From a virus, in the IMG/VR virus record IMGVR_UViG_3300027788_001769, positions 1-64,000 of that record: DNA of 64,000 nt; one strand, given 5' to 3'. Below the pieces are notes generated by a model that worked only from the letters and a program-made list of their open reading frames with translations, ran no database searches and was not told the DNA's origin. Below are positions 9,750 through 20,030 of this stretch, piece after piece; within the stretch, counting starts at the first letter, position 1, and the number at the start of each line of letters is the position of its first letter. The position numbers were made by a program, and so were the translations under genes.

Positions 9750-12700
9750 TACTTGCAGTTATATATTTGTTTAGGAAGATGTCATACGCTGTAGCCCCTT
9801 GTCTTAGACCAAAATAAAAGTACTGATGAGTACCTAATTTTATAATAGCAGTTGGATTTGGTGCTAAAACTGTTCCACTGTTATCTACAGTGTTAAGACC
9901 ATTAGAGAAAACGTAACTCCCACTTGGTGTTTGAGGTACGGCTGTACTCCAATATACTGGTGCGGAAAGTGGGGATTGTAAACCATTATTTAATGGTCCT
10001 TGTGTTATAGTCCCTTGTTGATTACCTGTGGTTAGAATAGTTGGGAAAGGTCCTCCAGCGGACCAATCACTACTCCATGCACCATAAGGTAATGCCCCTT
10101 GTTTAACCCAAGGGTAATAAGCTTTGATTTGGGTTTGGTCAATACCTAAGTTACCACCTTGTAGACAATTTATCAGTTCCCCATCATTAACCACCAAATT
10201 TAGTGGTGTAGATACTGGGGTTACTAAACCAGAAAAAGTGGGTAGGCTGCTGTTGTACCTAGGGCTAGTAGGTGAAGGGAGATAAGGTTCTACACCTAGT
10301 TGGTTGTTAGTTGCGATTACCACACTCATGTCACCATCTAATAACCTTGCTGGTCTTGCTCTAAAATACCCCATATTTGCTACATCAGGTGAACCCCACC
10401 TTCTGTTACCAGCATTAAATACCCAAGCTTTAGATGGGTCCCCATCCGCACCAAAAAACTTATTAATACCAGACCAAATAAAATTAGTGAAATTTTGTAT
10501 TACTATTTTTTGTTCTATTAACCCACCCAAAACATATTCAGCTTTTTGATAACTGGAAGGTCGTAATTTATTTACAAAATAACAATCCTCTAACTTTTCA
10601 TTACATAATTGGTTTGTACATTCATCTAGTGGGCCTAATTCAGTTATTGTTGTTGGGAAATTTATTCCTTGGTGGTCTCCAGATGATGCTCCATCACCTG
10701 GTACTGATGGATTAGTAAGTTGAAATCCGGTACCTTCGGCAAATGGAGTACTTCTATAATAGAAAAACACATTACCTGACGGTGTTCCATCTTCTTCCAG
10801 TTCCACATGTCTATGGGTAGTTAAATCACAATAATCATCATTAGCACCACTAGGGTCCTTAACTCTTTGAAATTTAAAATGGTACAGGTTTCCGTTTATC
10901 CAGGAATTACTAAATTTCATATTAAATACTCCCTGGCACATACCATTATATATATTTTTCAGTACTCTCCATTGATTTAGAGTTACAAACATTTTCCATA
11001 GGTTGTCTATTATCAAACCAAATTCTACCGTTGCTAGTACACCGGCGGCTATATTAAGAGCAATAGTACCACCCCAAGGTACCCATGTAAACACACCAAT
11101 AGCAGCTATAGAAACGTAAAAAATAATCCAAACACCGTTTCTAAATTGTAATTTATAACAACCACGTGGCATATCATTATTTTTACCCCGCCAATAATAT
11201 GCGTTATCATTAAAACCACCCATAGAACAAAGTGGTACAGTGTCCGGGGAATCACTAGTATCCTCAGTTATTTTATTATCATCACCAGTAAATAAAGTTA
11301 TTATGGGTATTTTAAATTCGAATTGGTCTTCTTCACAAGTACAAGGTTCACAATCTGGATACCTAATTAATTTTAACATTATTTTAAAGTTATTAATTAA
11401 CACATAAAATAATGGTGAATAAAAGAATATTATCATAATCGTTAAGGCAATAGCTGTAGCTAACCATGCTGCTAAGAATGATGCTCCCATGGCCGCAGCA
11501 ATAACAGCATCCCATAACACCGGAACAATTGCAAATGCAGAAACAGACCAGGTAGAAGCGTTTGCACCTTGTAGACCCATATTGTACGCGTTCATTAACA
11601 TAGATAACGCATTAAACGCAACCAAAATACATGTTAACATTAAACTAATTTGGGTTATGATTAATTGTGCCTGAGTTATTCCAAATAAAAATGACCCACC
11701 CCTAAAAACATCATTGGCTGGGTATTCTTTAGTAACGTCAGTACATCTATTTTCTGTAGGTGGATTAATCCCTTTAATTCCGATAAATCTCCATCTATTG
11801 TTTGCTCTTTTATTAGTCCCTGTAGAAGATACTGATGCGGTTTTTCTATAATTGTCAATAAAAGACGAAACTGTATATACTCTGTTTGGCCTAAACTCAT
11901 AAAAATAGTCCTCGGCATTAAATGCTGGTGTACTGTAATGGGGATTTGGTCCTGCCATTGGGTAGTCTTTGTAACTTGTACTAAAGGAATATGAGTTATT
12001 AAAATCAGGAGCTGTTGTGTACTCTCTTAAGTTTGGGACTAGGAAACTACCGTTTCTAATAGTAGAACCTTTATTGTCAAAACCAATTCTAAATCTATAT
12101 TTTGCTCTTGTAGGTATCCCAAAGTTTGGGTTATCTGAAATAACTTGTACTCCGTATTCATTTGTAACTAAAAAGTCTAGGTTCATTGGTAGTTGTGTTA
12201 CCCAAGCACCATTACCGTCTATAACTTTTCCACCGTTTTTTAGAGAAAATTTTTCTAGTTTCGGTGAGCAACCATCATCTTCAATTTCTATAGTTTCTCT
12301 AATTGTCTCGATTAAACCTGTACCTGTGGTTAAATTACATAGATTACCCATGTATTTACCAGGTAAACACTGACCATCGATATAGTTAGAGTCATCATCT
12401 GTTATTATAGAACCCATAAATGTAGAGGATGGAACAATCTCTACCGCAGAGTCACGTAAATCAAAATCTACACGTGTGATTCCAACATTACATAAATCAT
12501 CATCACCCCAAAATGGTACCACCTCTAACGTTTTATTTTGTAAAATAATTTGTGGTAATGAATCTAAATTTTCTGAAGATTTAAATTCTAAAGCACTAAC
12601 AAATTCTTCTATTGGTTTTCCTTGATTGATAAAATCGTAAGGATGCATAGAGTAACAACCGATATCACTAACGTCCACTGAAGAGTGAATTGTTTGATTC

Positions 12701-13182
12701 CCTAATGGTACCCCCCAAATCATAAAATCACCACTTTCATTAGTTTTAGTGGTATATTTATAATACTTTTTATATACTTCTAGTAGGGTTGGGTTGTTTA
12801 ATACTTCGTGAGGTAGTGGAAAGGTTCCCGTTGGTGTGTGGTTACAACTTTGTTTATCCTTAGGTAAAAGATTATATTTGTAACCTTCATCATCTTTATC
12901 TGTAACTTCTTTATAAGGGTAAAAGTCTCTAATGACTTCATCTTGTTCATCTTCTTCCGTTAAGGGTATAAAGATAGATACTTTTGCATTTGGCACACCA
13001 AAACCTCCGTTTGCAAGTACTCTACCCACAACAACACCGTAGTCACCACACATTCGTGAGTACACGTCATCTTGTGTCATTTTTAAACTCAATACCTCTA
13101 ATAAGTCAAAATCTTGCTCTAACTTTAAGTGGATATTTTGTTCTTTTCCCGGCTGTGTTCTTATTCTTATAGATTTTGGCAT
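9742..13182 (-). CDS. Large baseplate-cluster protein with an N-terminal beta-sandwich (carboxypeptidase-regulatory-like) domain and internal hydrophobic helices
   Basis: GVVVGRV...GVPNAKVSIF...TKTNESGDFMIWGVPLG motif; long hydrophobic stretches at about aa 497-600 and 690-735. Confidence 0.55.
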   Translation of the reverse strand: MPKSIRIRTQPGKEQNIHLKLEQDFDLLEVLSLKMTQDDVYSRMCGDYGVVVGRVLANGGFGVPNAKVSIFIPLTEEDEQDEVIRDFYPYKEVTDKDDEGYKYNLLPKDKQSCNHTPTGTFPLPHEVLNNPTLLEVYKKYYKYTTKTNESGDFMIWGVPLGNQTIHSSVDVSDIGCYSMHPYDFINQGKPIEEFVSALEFKSSENLDSLPQIILQNKTLEVVPFWGDDDLCNVGITRVDFDLRDSAVEIVPSSTFMGSIITDDDSNYIDGQCLPGKYMGNLCNLTTGTGLIETIRETIEIEDDGCSPKLEKFSLKNGGKVIDGNGAWVTQLPMNLDFLVTNEYGVQVISDNPNFGIPTRAKYRFRIGFDNKGSTIRNGSFLVPNLREYTTAPDFNNSYSFSTSYKDYPMAGPNPHYSTPAFNAEDYFYEFRPNRVYTVSSFIDNYRKTASVSSTGTNKRANNRWRFIGIKGINPPTENRCTDVTKEYPANDVFRGGSFLFGITQAQLIITQISLMLTCILVAFNALSMLMNAYNMGLQGANASTWSVSAFAIVPVLWDAVIAAAMGASFLAAWLATAIALTIMIIFFYSPLFYVLINNFKIMLKLIRYPDCEPCTCEEDQFEFKIPIITLFTGDDNKITEDTSDSPDTVPLCSMGGFNDNAYYWRGKNNDMPRGCYKLQFRNGVWIIFYVSIAAIGVFTWVPWGGTIALNIAAGVLATVEFGLIIDNLWKMFVTLNQWRVLKNIYNGMCQGVFNMKFSNSWINGNLYHFKFQRVKDPSGANDDYCDLTTHRHVELEEDGTPSGNVFFYYRSTPFAEGTGFQLTNPSVPGDGASSGDHQGINFPTTITELGPLDECTNQLCNEKLEDCYFVNKLRPSSYQKAEYVLGGLIEQKIVIQNFTNFIWSGINKFFGADGDPSKAWVFNAGNRRWGSPDVANMGYFRARPARLLDGDMSVVIATNNQLGVEPYLPSPTSPRYNSSLPTFSGLVTPVSTPLNLVVNDGELINCLQGGNLGIDQTQIKAYYPWVKQGALPYGAWSSDWSAGGPFPTILTTGNQQGTITQGPLNNGLQSPLSAPVYWSTAVPQTPSGSYVFSNGLNTVDNSGTVLAPNPTAIIKLGTHQYFYFGLRQGATAYDIFLNKYITASNE

Positions 13183-13198
13183 TTCTCTCCTTTTAAAT

Positions 13199-13206
13199 TA
13201 TAAATA
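13199..13206 (-). promoter_or_regulatory. TATTTATA box (putative late promoter)
   Basis: 16 nt upstream of the ATG at 13182. Confidence 0.55.
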
Positions 13207-13258
13207 TTTAGGGTATTAAAACCAAAAATATCCAAAAAGTAATTTATGTAAATAAAAA

Positions 13259-15097
13259 TTAGGATATAGAAGTATGAGCATTACTCTTTATTCTTATACT
13301 AACATCTTTTTCAGGGAACTGCACTTGAAAACTTTGGTTTGGTTGTGCAAATATTACCCCGTCAATTAGTTCTACCTGTCTAGTATCTGGATTACTATAC
13401 CTTTGTGATACTTGATTGTCTGAATATTGTCCACCTACTTTATTAACCACCCTTAAGTCTATAAGGTTTATTACCCCTTGTTGTGTAGAAATAAGTTTAG
13501 ACAATTGACCTACATAACAGTTTTGACCCATTTCTTTTTTATTAGGTGAGAAAAATTCATCTACTTGTGATACTATATTTGTAACTATCTCTCCTTGATT
13601 GAAACTGGGGTCAGCCAATATGTCAACCTCTAAAGCTAAATCAACTACTTCTGCAGATTTTATAGTTATGTAATCATTCATCATCCTATAATCGGAGATA
13701 TACTCAGCGATATTTGACATAAGAGAAGTGCTGACCTTAGAACTTAACTTACCAGAATCGGAATATGACAATAAATTAATTAATATTTTATTTTCTTCTT
13801 CTACAATACCAACTTTAGCTGGTGCACCAAAAACACCAGGCATAGTATCTATGATAGCTTTATAATCTGAAACTGTAACAGCTCTTTGTTGTGACGCAAA
13901 ATTAAAACTAACATAGTTTCTTATTTCTTCGACTGTTGGTTGGTTTGCACCACCTACGGCAGCAGTAATATTATTAACTTTTAAAGAATTTTTAACTTGT
14001 TGGTTTATCCCATCAACTGGACCAGTAACAATAAATTCAAGTTGGCCTAATGAGGTTATCGAGTTAGGCCCTACGTTTGTTGCTGTACCACCACCTATCC
14101 TATATTGGATAAATAAAGTACTATTAGATTTTGCTGTCCTACCCAATGATAAATTATTTAAATATTTATTTAAATCCATAGCTAGACCTTGACTGGCAAA
14201 ATCATCTAAGGAGTCTTGTCCAGATGAGGTTCCACCACCTAATGTTAAATGAAAGAAACCTTCTGGTGTGTATTCTGTGGTAAATCTATTATCAACTTGT
14301 TTCCACTTACCCACTTTTAAACCTGGTGAATCACTATTTTTAGTTGGGTCTAGAGTAAACACTTTATCTTGTGCTAATGCATCTACTTCATACCATTGAC
14401 TTGGTGAATTTATAAATTCTGTAGATTTGGGTAGTGCTTGAATGTTGGTTCCGTCTTTCTCTATTACAGCTGTAACACCCAATATGTTTTTTTCAGGTAA
14501 GAACACTTTTAAAAAAGGTCTTACATCAGTATCTGTTAATACCCTTTTAAAAACTTTAGTTATACCATTTATAACAACTTCTCTCTTTGTCATAGTATAA
14601 CTAACTATATTATTATTAGAATCGAAATTTGGTACCTTAGTACGGTTTGGGAAACCTGTTGCGTCAAATGGTGATGAAAAATCAACATCGTATCTGGTTT
14701 CAAAAACTTGTCCAGCCCCTTTAACTTGGGAGTTTCTTCTTAATAAACCAAGATAATTAAAGTTTTCTTTATCACCTAAAACTGGAACTACAATAGAAAA
14801 ATCCGCAACAGACACTGATGGTCTATTTCCTGGTATTTTTAAACCATAAGTTCTTGCTATGTTATAAAGAGACGACCTTTGGTTTGCAAATTGTAGTACG
14901 GTTTCTTGTAAACTCCTATCAATGTGATAGTGTAGGTTATCTGCTACCGCAGCGTTTAAATCTAAAAAAACTGAGAATATAGAAGCGTCGTTTGTATTTT
15001 TTATTAAGTCTGGATACTGTTGTTGGGTGTACCTTAATAATTCATTTCTAATACCAACAAAGTCTCTTTCTGTGTAGGATATTTTATTGTTAGCCAT
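13259..15097 (-). CDS. Baseplate wedge subunit (T4 gp6 / P2 gpJ-like)
   Basis: N-terminal YTERDFVGIRNEL; ETVLQFANQRSSLYNIARTYG; YRIGGGTATNV; AAVGGANQPTVEEIR...QQRAVTVSDY; adjacent to gp25-like gene. Confidence 0.85.
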   Translation of the reverse strand: MANNKISYTERDFVGIRNELLRYTQQQYPDLIKNTNDASIFSVFLDLNAAVADNLHYHIDRSLQETVLQFANQRSSLYNIARTYGLKIPGNRPSVSVADFSIVVPVLGDKENFNYLGLLRRNSQVKGAGQVFETRYDVDFSSPFDATGFPNRTKVPNFDSNNNIVSYTMTKREVVINGITKVFKRVLTDTDVRPFLKVFLPEKNILGVTAVIEKDGTNIQALPKSTEFINSPSQWYEVDALAQDKVFTLDPTKNSDSPGLKVGKWKQVDNRFTTEYTPEGFFHLTLGGGTSSGQDSLDDFASQGLAMDLNKYLNNLSLGRTAKSNSTLFIQYRIGGGTATNVGPNSITSLGQLEFIVTGPVDGINQQVKNSLKVNNITAAVGGANQPTVEEIRNYVSFNFASQQRAVTVSDYKAIIDTMPGVFGAPAKVGIVEEENKILINLLSYSDSGKLSSKVSTSLMSNIAEYISDYRMMNDYITIKSAEVVDLALEVDILADPSFNQGEIVTNIVSQVDEFFSPNKKEMGQNCYVGQLSKLISTQQGVINLIDLRVVNKVGGQYSDNQVSQRYSNPDTRQVELIDGVIFAQPNQSFQVQFPEKDVSIRIKSNAHTSIS

Positions 15098-15098
15098 A

Positions 15099-15557
15099 TT
15101 ATATGTTTATTATTACGAAATCTCTAGTTTCGAAAGCTGAGTTAGTTATAGTATAATCTAATTTTACTACCGCAGTATGTTCTTTAGTTCCTTGACCTGC
15201 TATCCTATAAACTCTAGGGTCGTTATCAGCAACTAACGTACCTGGAGTTTCTTCTGTTTCCATAGCACCAGAAATATCTATATTGGTTATCTTTAAGTTT
15301 GGTATGTATTTAGCTACTTGTTCCCTTATTTCTGAATCTATAGCGTTAAATGTTGGTGAGTCTAGTGGTTCAAAAATAAATTCATATAACCTTGTACCAA
15401 AATCAGGTAAAAAATATCTACTACCTTTTCTAGTTAACAATAAATGTATTAAATCTGATTTAATTTCATCTTCTGGGGTTTCAGTTAATTCTAAAAAATA
15501 CCCTAGTCTACTCTTTCTAAAAGGAAAATCAATTCCATATGTTCCGTTTTCTGGCAT
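15099..15557 (-). CDS. Baseplate wedge / sheath initiator, T4 gp25-like
   Basis: IKSDLIHLLLTRKGSRYFLPDFGTRLYEFIFEP is the gp25/GPW signature. Confidence 0.9.
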   Translation of the reverse strand: MPENGTYGIDFPFRKSRLGYFLELTETPEDEIKSDLIHLLLTRKGSRYFLPDFGTRLYEFIFEPLDSPTFNAIDSEIREQVAKYIPNLKITNIDISGAMETEETPGTLVADNDPRVYRIAGQGTKEHTAVVKLDYTITNSAFETRDFVIINI

Positions 15558-15570
15558 AACAAGTTTTATA

Positions 15571-15578
15571 TATAAATA
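15571..15578 (-). promoter_or_regulatory. TATTTATA box (putative late promoter)
   Basis: 13 nt upstream of the gp25-like start. Confidence 0.6.
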
Positions 15579-15613
15579 TTAGATACTTCGAATCTAGTAT
15601 ACATATAAGTATT

Positions 15614-15835
15614 TTAAATGGAAATTTTAAGTAGGGAAGGGTTATATGAACATTCTTTGTAGTTTAAACCATAATTTATAATGATTTGAGTTATTATTTC
15701 TTTTACTTCACTTTTTTGGGTTCTAGTTATTATTTCTAATTCTTTTCTTTGTAGTTTAATGTTTTCATATAGAAATTCATCCACAATATTGTGGATATCA
15801 TCTATTTTATAACCATATAAATCTAGTTTAGTCAT
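15614..15835 (-). CDS. Small Smr-domain-like protein (degenerate motifs)
   Basis: KLDLYG...LEIITR...VKEII resembles the Smr motifs LDLHG and IITG. Confidence 0.5.
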   Translation of the reverse strand: MTKLDLYGYKIDDIHNIVDEFLYENIKLQRKELEIITRTQKSEVKEIITQIIINYGLNYKECSYNPSLLKISI

Positions 15836-16038
15836 TTTAAAAATTTATTACCTTTTGTGTGTTGTGGGTGGTATGGACAGTGTTTACATCCGTTACCACA
15901 ACAATAACTTCTTTTTTTGTGGTAATGCTCTGTCATAACCATTTTTCCATTTTCCCAATAGAAGTCTTTCCCATCTAGTTTTGGTTTTATAAATTCTTTA
16001 TAATGTAATTCACTAATCCAATCATCTCTTCTAATCAT
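15832..16038 (-). CDS. Small Cys-rich protein (DUF5522-like)
   Basis: FYWENGKMVMTEHYHKKRSYCCGNGCKHCPY. Confidence 0.7.
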   Translation of the reverse strand: MIRRDDWISELHYKEFIKPKLDGKDFYWENGKMVMTEHYHKKRSYCCGNGCKHCPYHPQHTKGNKFLK

Positions 16039-16219
16039 TTTTTACTTCCTTTACTTCTTCTTTTTGCCCACAATGAGGACACATTATTGAGTTGGGTATT
16101 ATTTGTTCTTTTTCTATGGCATCATTAGAAAATAAATGGTAGTCAGCAATTGACCACCATTTATTACATTTACCACAATTAAAGTGGTATAAAACTTCTT
16201 TACTAATCCTGTGTTTCAC
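16031..16219 (-). CDS. Small zinc-ribbon protein
   Basis: CGKC...CPHCG pair; overlaps both neighbours. Confidence 0.6.
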   Translation of the reverse strand: MKHRISKEVLYHFNCGKCNKWWSIADYHLFSNDAIEKEQIIPNSIMCPHCGQKEEVKEVKND

Positions 16220-18134
16220 CTATTTCTACTTTTTTACTTTCACCATTATCATCTGACTTTATTTGTGTTAGGTCCACATCTATCTCACAACTACCACCCG
16301 CACAAGCTAATTCACCTGATAGGTTAGTGTTGTCGTCAAGTTCCACAACTCTAGTTAAATCTACATCCTTAAGTGATTCCAACATAACATTATATTTTTC
16401 TTCATCTATGTCTTCAAATGGTGCTTGAATGTATGTCCCTCCATTGTATGGTAGTACGGATAACCCATTATAATGTTTTCTATTTTCCCACATCCATTCT
16501 CCAGCTGGGTCCCATTCGTGGTCCCTTAATGAAATTGTCGCTGAAACATTATGTGAGTTTGAACCTTTTCTATGCCCTGCTTTTACCCATTCTATAGCTA
16601 TTTTTTTAACTCTTTCTAGTAGTTGGAATGGTGATTCTGTTCTTAGAATAGAACCTGAAGGTGCTTTTTGTGGAATACTAATAACTGCTGTATCGTGAGG
16701 TCTAAAATATTCATCTTCAACTAGTTCTGGGTGATTAATCTTTAAGTAAGTGTAAATTGCCTCATTTTTACCAACTCTAAGTCTTCTAACATAATAATCA
16801 TTATGCCATGCATGAATACCTGAAGAAGTCCCTAACGTTAATGAAGTTGTTCCTGCAGGTTTAACCGTGGTACATCTAGCTGACTGATTTATATCAATTA
16901 TTTTAGATACCCTTGTATTTTCTCTTTTGACTAGACTTGCCGCTTTTGATGTGTCGTAGTTTAATACTTTACCAGAACCTATTCCTGTCATCGAAACCCC
17001 TATTAAAGCATCTTTTTCTGTTGTTTCTTGCCAAATTTCCCTTAAATAATGAAATGAGGTGTACCCCGCTTGTAGAGTACCTATAAACGCCGCTACTTTA
17101 ACTCTTTCATTTAAATCCTCTTGTGATTCAATATTAGAAACGTTTACTTCACATAAGTTACAAAATTGGTTAGGTCTTAATGCAATTTCACAACATGGAT
17201 TAGTTCCCCAATCTTTATCATTGTTTAAATATATACCAGGTTCACCTGCTCCTGATAGCTCAACACGTTTCCATAAATCTAAAAAGAATTCTTTAGTTAT
17301 TTTGTGTCTCATTAAACATGCAGAATTATTTGCTCTACCTCTTTGTGGGTTCAATTCCCACCAGTTTCCTGATTTACACGAAATCATTTGGTCGTCATCA
17401 GCTGAAAATAAACTAATAAGAGCTGCTCTACGAATACCACCGGCCAAAACGGCATCTGCGATATAACAAACAATATCGTGAACTTCTAGAGTACTTAACT
17501 GTTCACCATTTTCTTTTGCTTCTAATATACCTTCAATCTTAACTAAACATTCTTTTAATGGTTGTGGTCCTGGAGCTTTACCACCTGATGTTACAAGTCT
17601 TGCACCTTTAGCTCTAATGTCTGAATAGTCAAACACGATTCTACTTCCACCACCGTTCATATAAGACTTCATTAAAACCTTAATTGCATCTGCCCATCCT
17701 TCAATAGAATCTCCTATTAGAAATCTCTTTTTTCTTTTTTGGTATGGTTTTTGAATTACAGGTAGTTTTTCTACATGGTGTTTTTGTACCGAATACCCAA
17801 CCCCTGTACCACCTAGTAATAAGAACATTGTTTCTGAAAATGAATCTACGTGTTCAATTGGTAGGTATGCACAGTTATAAATTCTATTTGGTGATATCTC
17901 AATCGGTTTACCACCGAATTGCATTGACCTCATAGACGGTAAAACTTTTTTATCATACACCAAAGAATATTTTTCTTCTATTTCGTCTTTTAACATTGGG
18001 TACTTTTTGATATGCATATTTTTGTTTCTAGTGACCAATTCCTCCCAGGTCTCTCTTCTATTTAATTCTGGTATATACTTAGCGTACTTCATATACACTG
18101 TTATGTCCGATAATATTTTATTTGATACTTCCAT
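16203..18134 (-). CDS. nrdJ: Class II (adenosylcobalamin-dependent) ribonucleotide reductase, monomeric RTPR type
   Basis: RRETWEE, VLPSMR, IYNCAY, GGTGVG, TNPCCEI (thiyl Cys), TTVKPAGT and C-terminal CAGGSC; no small subunit gene alongside. Confidence 0.92.
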   Translation of the reverse strand: MEVSNKILSDITVYMKYAKYIPELNRRETWEELVTRNKNMHIKKYPMLKDEIEEKYSLVYDKKVLPSMRSMQFGGKPIEISPNRIYNCAYLPIEHVDSFSETMFLLLGGTGVGYSVQKHHVEKLPVIQKPYQKRKKRFLIGDSIEGWADAIKVLMKSYMNGGGSRIVFDYSDIRAKGARLVTSGGKAPGPQPLKECLVKIEGILEAKENGEQLSTLEVHDIVCYIADAVLAGGIRRAALISLFSADDDQMISCKSGNWWELNPQRGRANNSACLMRHKITKEFFLDLWKRVELSGAGEPGIYLNNDKDWGTNPCCEIALRPNQFCNLCEVNVSNIESQEDLNERVKVAAFIGTLQAGYTSFHYLREIWQETTEKDALIGVSMTGIGSGKVLNYDTSKAASLVKRENTRVSKIIDINQSARCTTVKPAGTTSLTLGTSSGIHAWHNDYYVRRLRVGKNEAIYTYLKINHPELVEDEYFRPHDTAVISIPQKAPSGSILRTESPFQLLERVKKIAIEWVKAGHRKGSNSHNVSATISLRDHEWDPAGEWMWENRKHYNGLSVLPYNGGTYIQAPFEDIDEEKYNVMLESLKDVDLTRVVELDDNTNLSGELACAGGSCEIDVDLTQIKSDDNGESKKVEIGETQD

Positions 18135-18149
18135 ATTTAGCTTTTTATT

Positions 18150-19520
18150 TTATTGGTTTATGTTTTGACTTCTTCTTTCTAGAGCTTGCCTTACTCTATC
18201 TCTATTTCTTTCTTCTCTACTATGTTCTAAATCTAGTAATGTCTGTGATTGTTCAGTATCAATTACTAATGTCTCATTATCGAATTTACAATTTTCGAAA
18301 ACAACACCGTCTTTACCTACTCTAGATTTAACCATAGCTATTGTTGCCAAACCTAAATCTTTTTGTTGTAATGTTTTGGCTATAGACACTATTACGTGAC
18401 CAACTTGGGCTTTCTTAATAGACCCTCCCATCATGTCTGTAGTTACAACTTCTGAACTTATAGAACTTCTATTACCTTGTGCTGCAGTCCAACCAACTAA
18501 ATCAAACTCATTACACATTGTTTCAAATTGTCTCATTACAAGACCTTCACCTTTCCATTCGTCGGAAAACCCCCTATCTGGTACTACACAATCAATATAA
18601 TCTAATAAAATCATATCAAACTTGTTTCCTTCAGCTTGTAATTTTCTAATCTTATTTTTTATAACGTTGATGGTTATCCGGTCAGATGGTAGTTTTTCTA
18701 ATATTAGTTTACCTCTATCTCTATAAGGTATTATTTTTTCTAACACTTCATCTCTTCTTTCTACTTGTTCTCTTTGGGGTATTCCAGTCCAACAAGTAAT
18801 ATGTTTTCTTTGTATAACCTTTGGGTTGTCTTCAAAGAAAATTTGTAACACATTAAACCCTAGATTATATGCTGTGTTAGCCAACTTAGTTAGGATTGTA
18901 GTCTTACCTACACCTGTAGGTGCTAAGAACACACCAATTTCACCTTTAGCTAATCCACCATCTAGTAAATTATCAATCCCGTTAATCCCTGTTGGTATTG
19001 GGTTCCTGTAGTCTTCTTCTAAGGCTTCCGCTATATCATCGAAAACGTCCAAACAACTATCAGTGTTTTCACCAACTCGTATAGCTTCCCTAATATACTC
19101 TTCACACTTATCATAAGACTCAAAATCACCCTGTTCTAAAATCTTATTAACTTTACCTATAGCTTTTTTTAATTCTTGTTGCTTACAAAATTTTAATCCT
19201 TTTTCTTGTACCCATAAATAATCTTCTAAACTCGCGTTTTGAACCTCAGTAATCATATCAAAAATGGTCTTTTTTGCCATTTCACTATCCACCTCTATTT
19301 TAGTTAATTGTGTTAGTGTTTCGAATGTTGGGGTTGTCTGATATTTTTCATGGTACTCTTTTGTCATTTGAGCAATTAATTTAAAATACTGGTTATCAAA
19401 GTACTTTGCATCAATCACATCAATGATGTTTTGACAATATTTTTTGTCTGTTATAATTTGGTTAAGGAGTTTAATTTGGAAATTATACCCCAGATAACCG
19501 AAGTTACTACTACTATTCAT
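18150..19520 (-). CDS. Replicative DNA helicase (DnaB / T4 gp41-like)
   Basis: Walker A APTGVGKT, LLDYIDC, WTAAQGNR, KSRVG; IPTGINGIDNLLDGGL. Confidence 0.9.
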   Translation of the reverse strand: MNSSSNFGYLGYNFQIKLLNQIITDKKYCQNIIDVIDAKYFDNQYFKLIAQMTKEYHEKYQTTPTFETLTQLTKIEVDSEMAKKTIFDMITEVQNASLEDYLWVQEKGLKFCKQQELKKAIGKVNKILEQGDFESYDKCEEYIREAIRVGENTDSCLDVFDDIAEALEEDYRNPIPTGINGIDNLLDGGLAKGEIGVFLAPTGVGKTTILTKLANTAYNLGFNVLQIFFEDNPKVIQRKHITCWTGIPQREQVERRDEVLEKIIPYRDRGKLILEKLPSDRITINVIKNKIRKLQAEGNKFDMILLDYIDCVVPDRGFSDEWKGEGLVMRQFETMCNEFDLVGWTAAQGNRSSISSEVVTTDMMGGSIKKAQVGHVIVSIAKTLQQKDLGLATIAMVKSRVGKDGVVFENCKFDNETLVIDTEQSQTLLDLEHSREERNRDRVRQALERRSQNINQ

Positions 19521-19541
19521 TTTTATAATTTTTTAGGCTAT

Positions 19542-19549
19542 TATAAATA
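19542..19549 (-). promoter_or_regulatory. TATTTATA box
   Basis: 21 nt upstream of the helicase start. Confidence 0.5.
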
Positions 19550-19553
19550 TCTT

Positions 19554-20030
19554 TTAGAGTTCTAAATTCAGATATTCTTTAACTAGTTTTTTTCTTGACA
19601 ACGTGTCAGTTAGCTCACTTAAAAAATGTGGAACTAGCGGTCTTATGTCTACTGTGTATCTTATCCTTCCAGGATAAACATTAGAAGGAATAATTTTATG
19701 TATCAAAGTATCTGTGTTTTGTTTAACATACAAATGAAACACTTCATCATCACTCTTTTCTAGGTCTTGGTCTGACAAATTTACTTTACCAGAGTACTGA
19801 TTATATTTGTCGTACATGTAATTAATAGCTTTGTTTTTTAAATTTTCTTCTAATTCTGTGGCAATATCTGAAATAGTATAGTATAGGTCTAGAGACTTTG
19901 ATGCTTTAGGATTAAAGTTCCTCACATTAAAGTATCTTTGACACACTATATTATTATCTAACATCAGTAAAAATTCACATTTAACTACTGATTTCTTGTC
20001 TTCAAATTTCCAATTAGCTTTTTCTTTCAT
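19554..20030 (-). CDS. Hypothetical protein in the replication operon
   Basis: 158 aa ORF overlapping the exonuclease gene. Confidence 0.6.
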   Translation of the reverse strand: MKEKANWKFEDKKSVVKCEFLLMLDNNIVCQRYFNVRNFNPKASKSLDLYYTISDIATELEENLKNKAINYMYDKYNQYSGKVNLSDQDLEKSDDEVFHLYVKQNTDTLIHKIIPSNVYPGRIRYTVDIRPLVPHFLSELTDTLSRKKLVKEYLNLEL

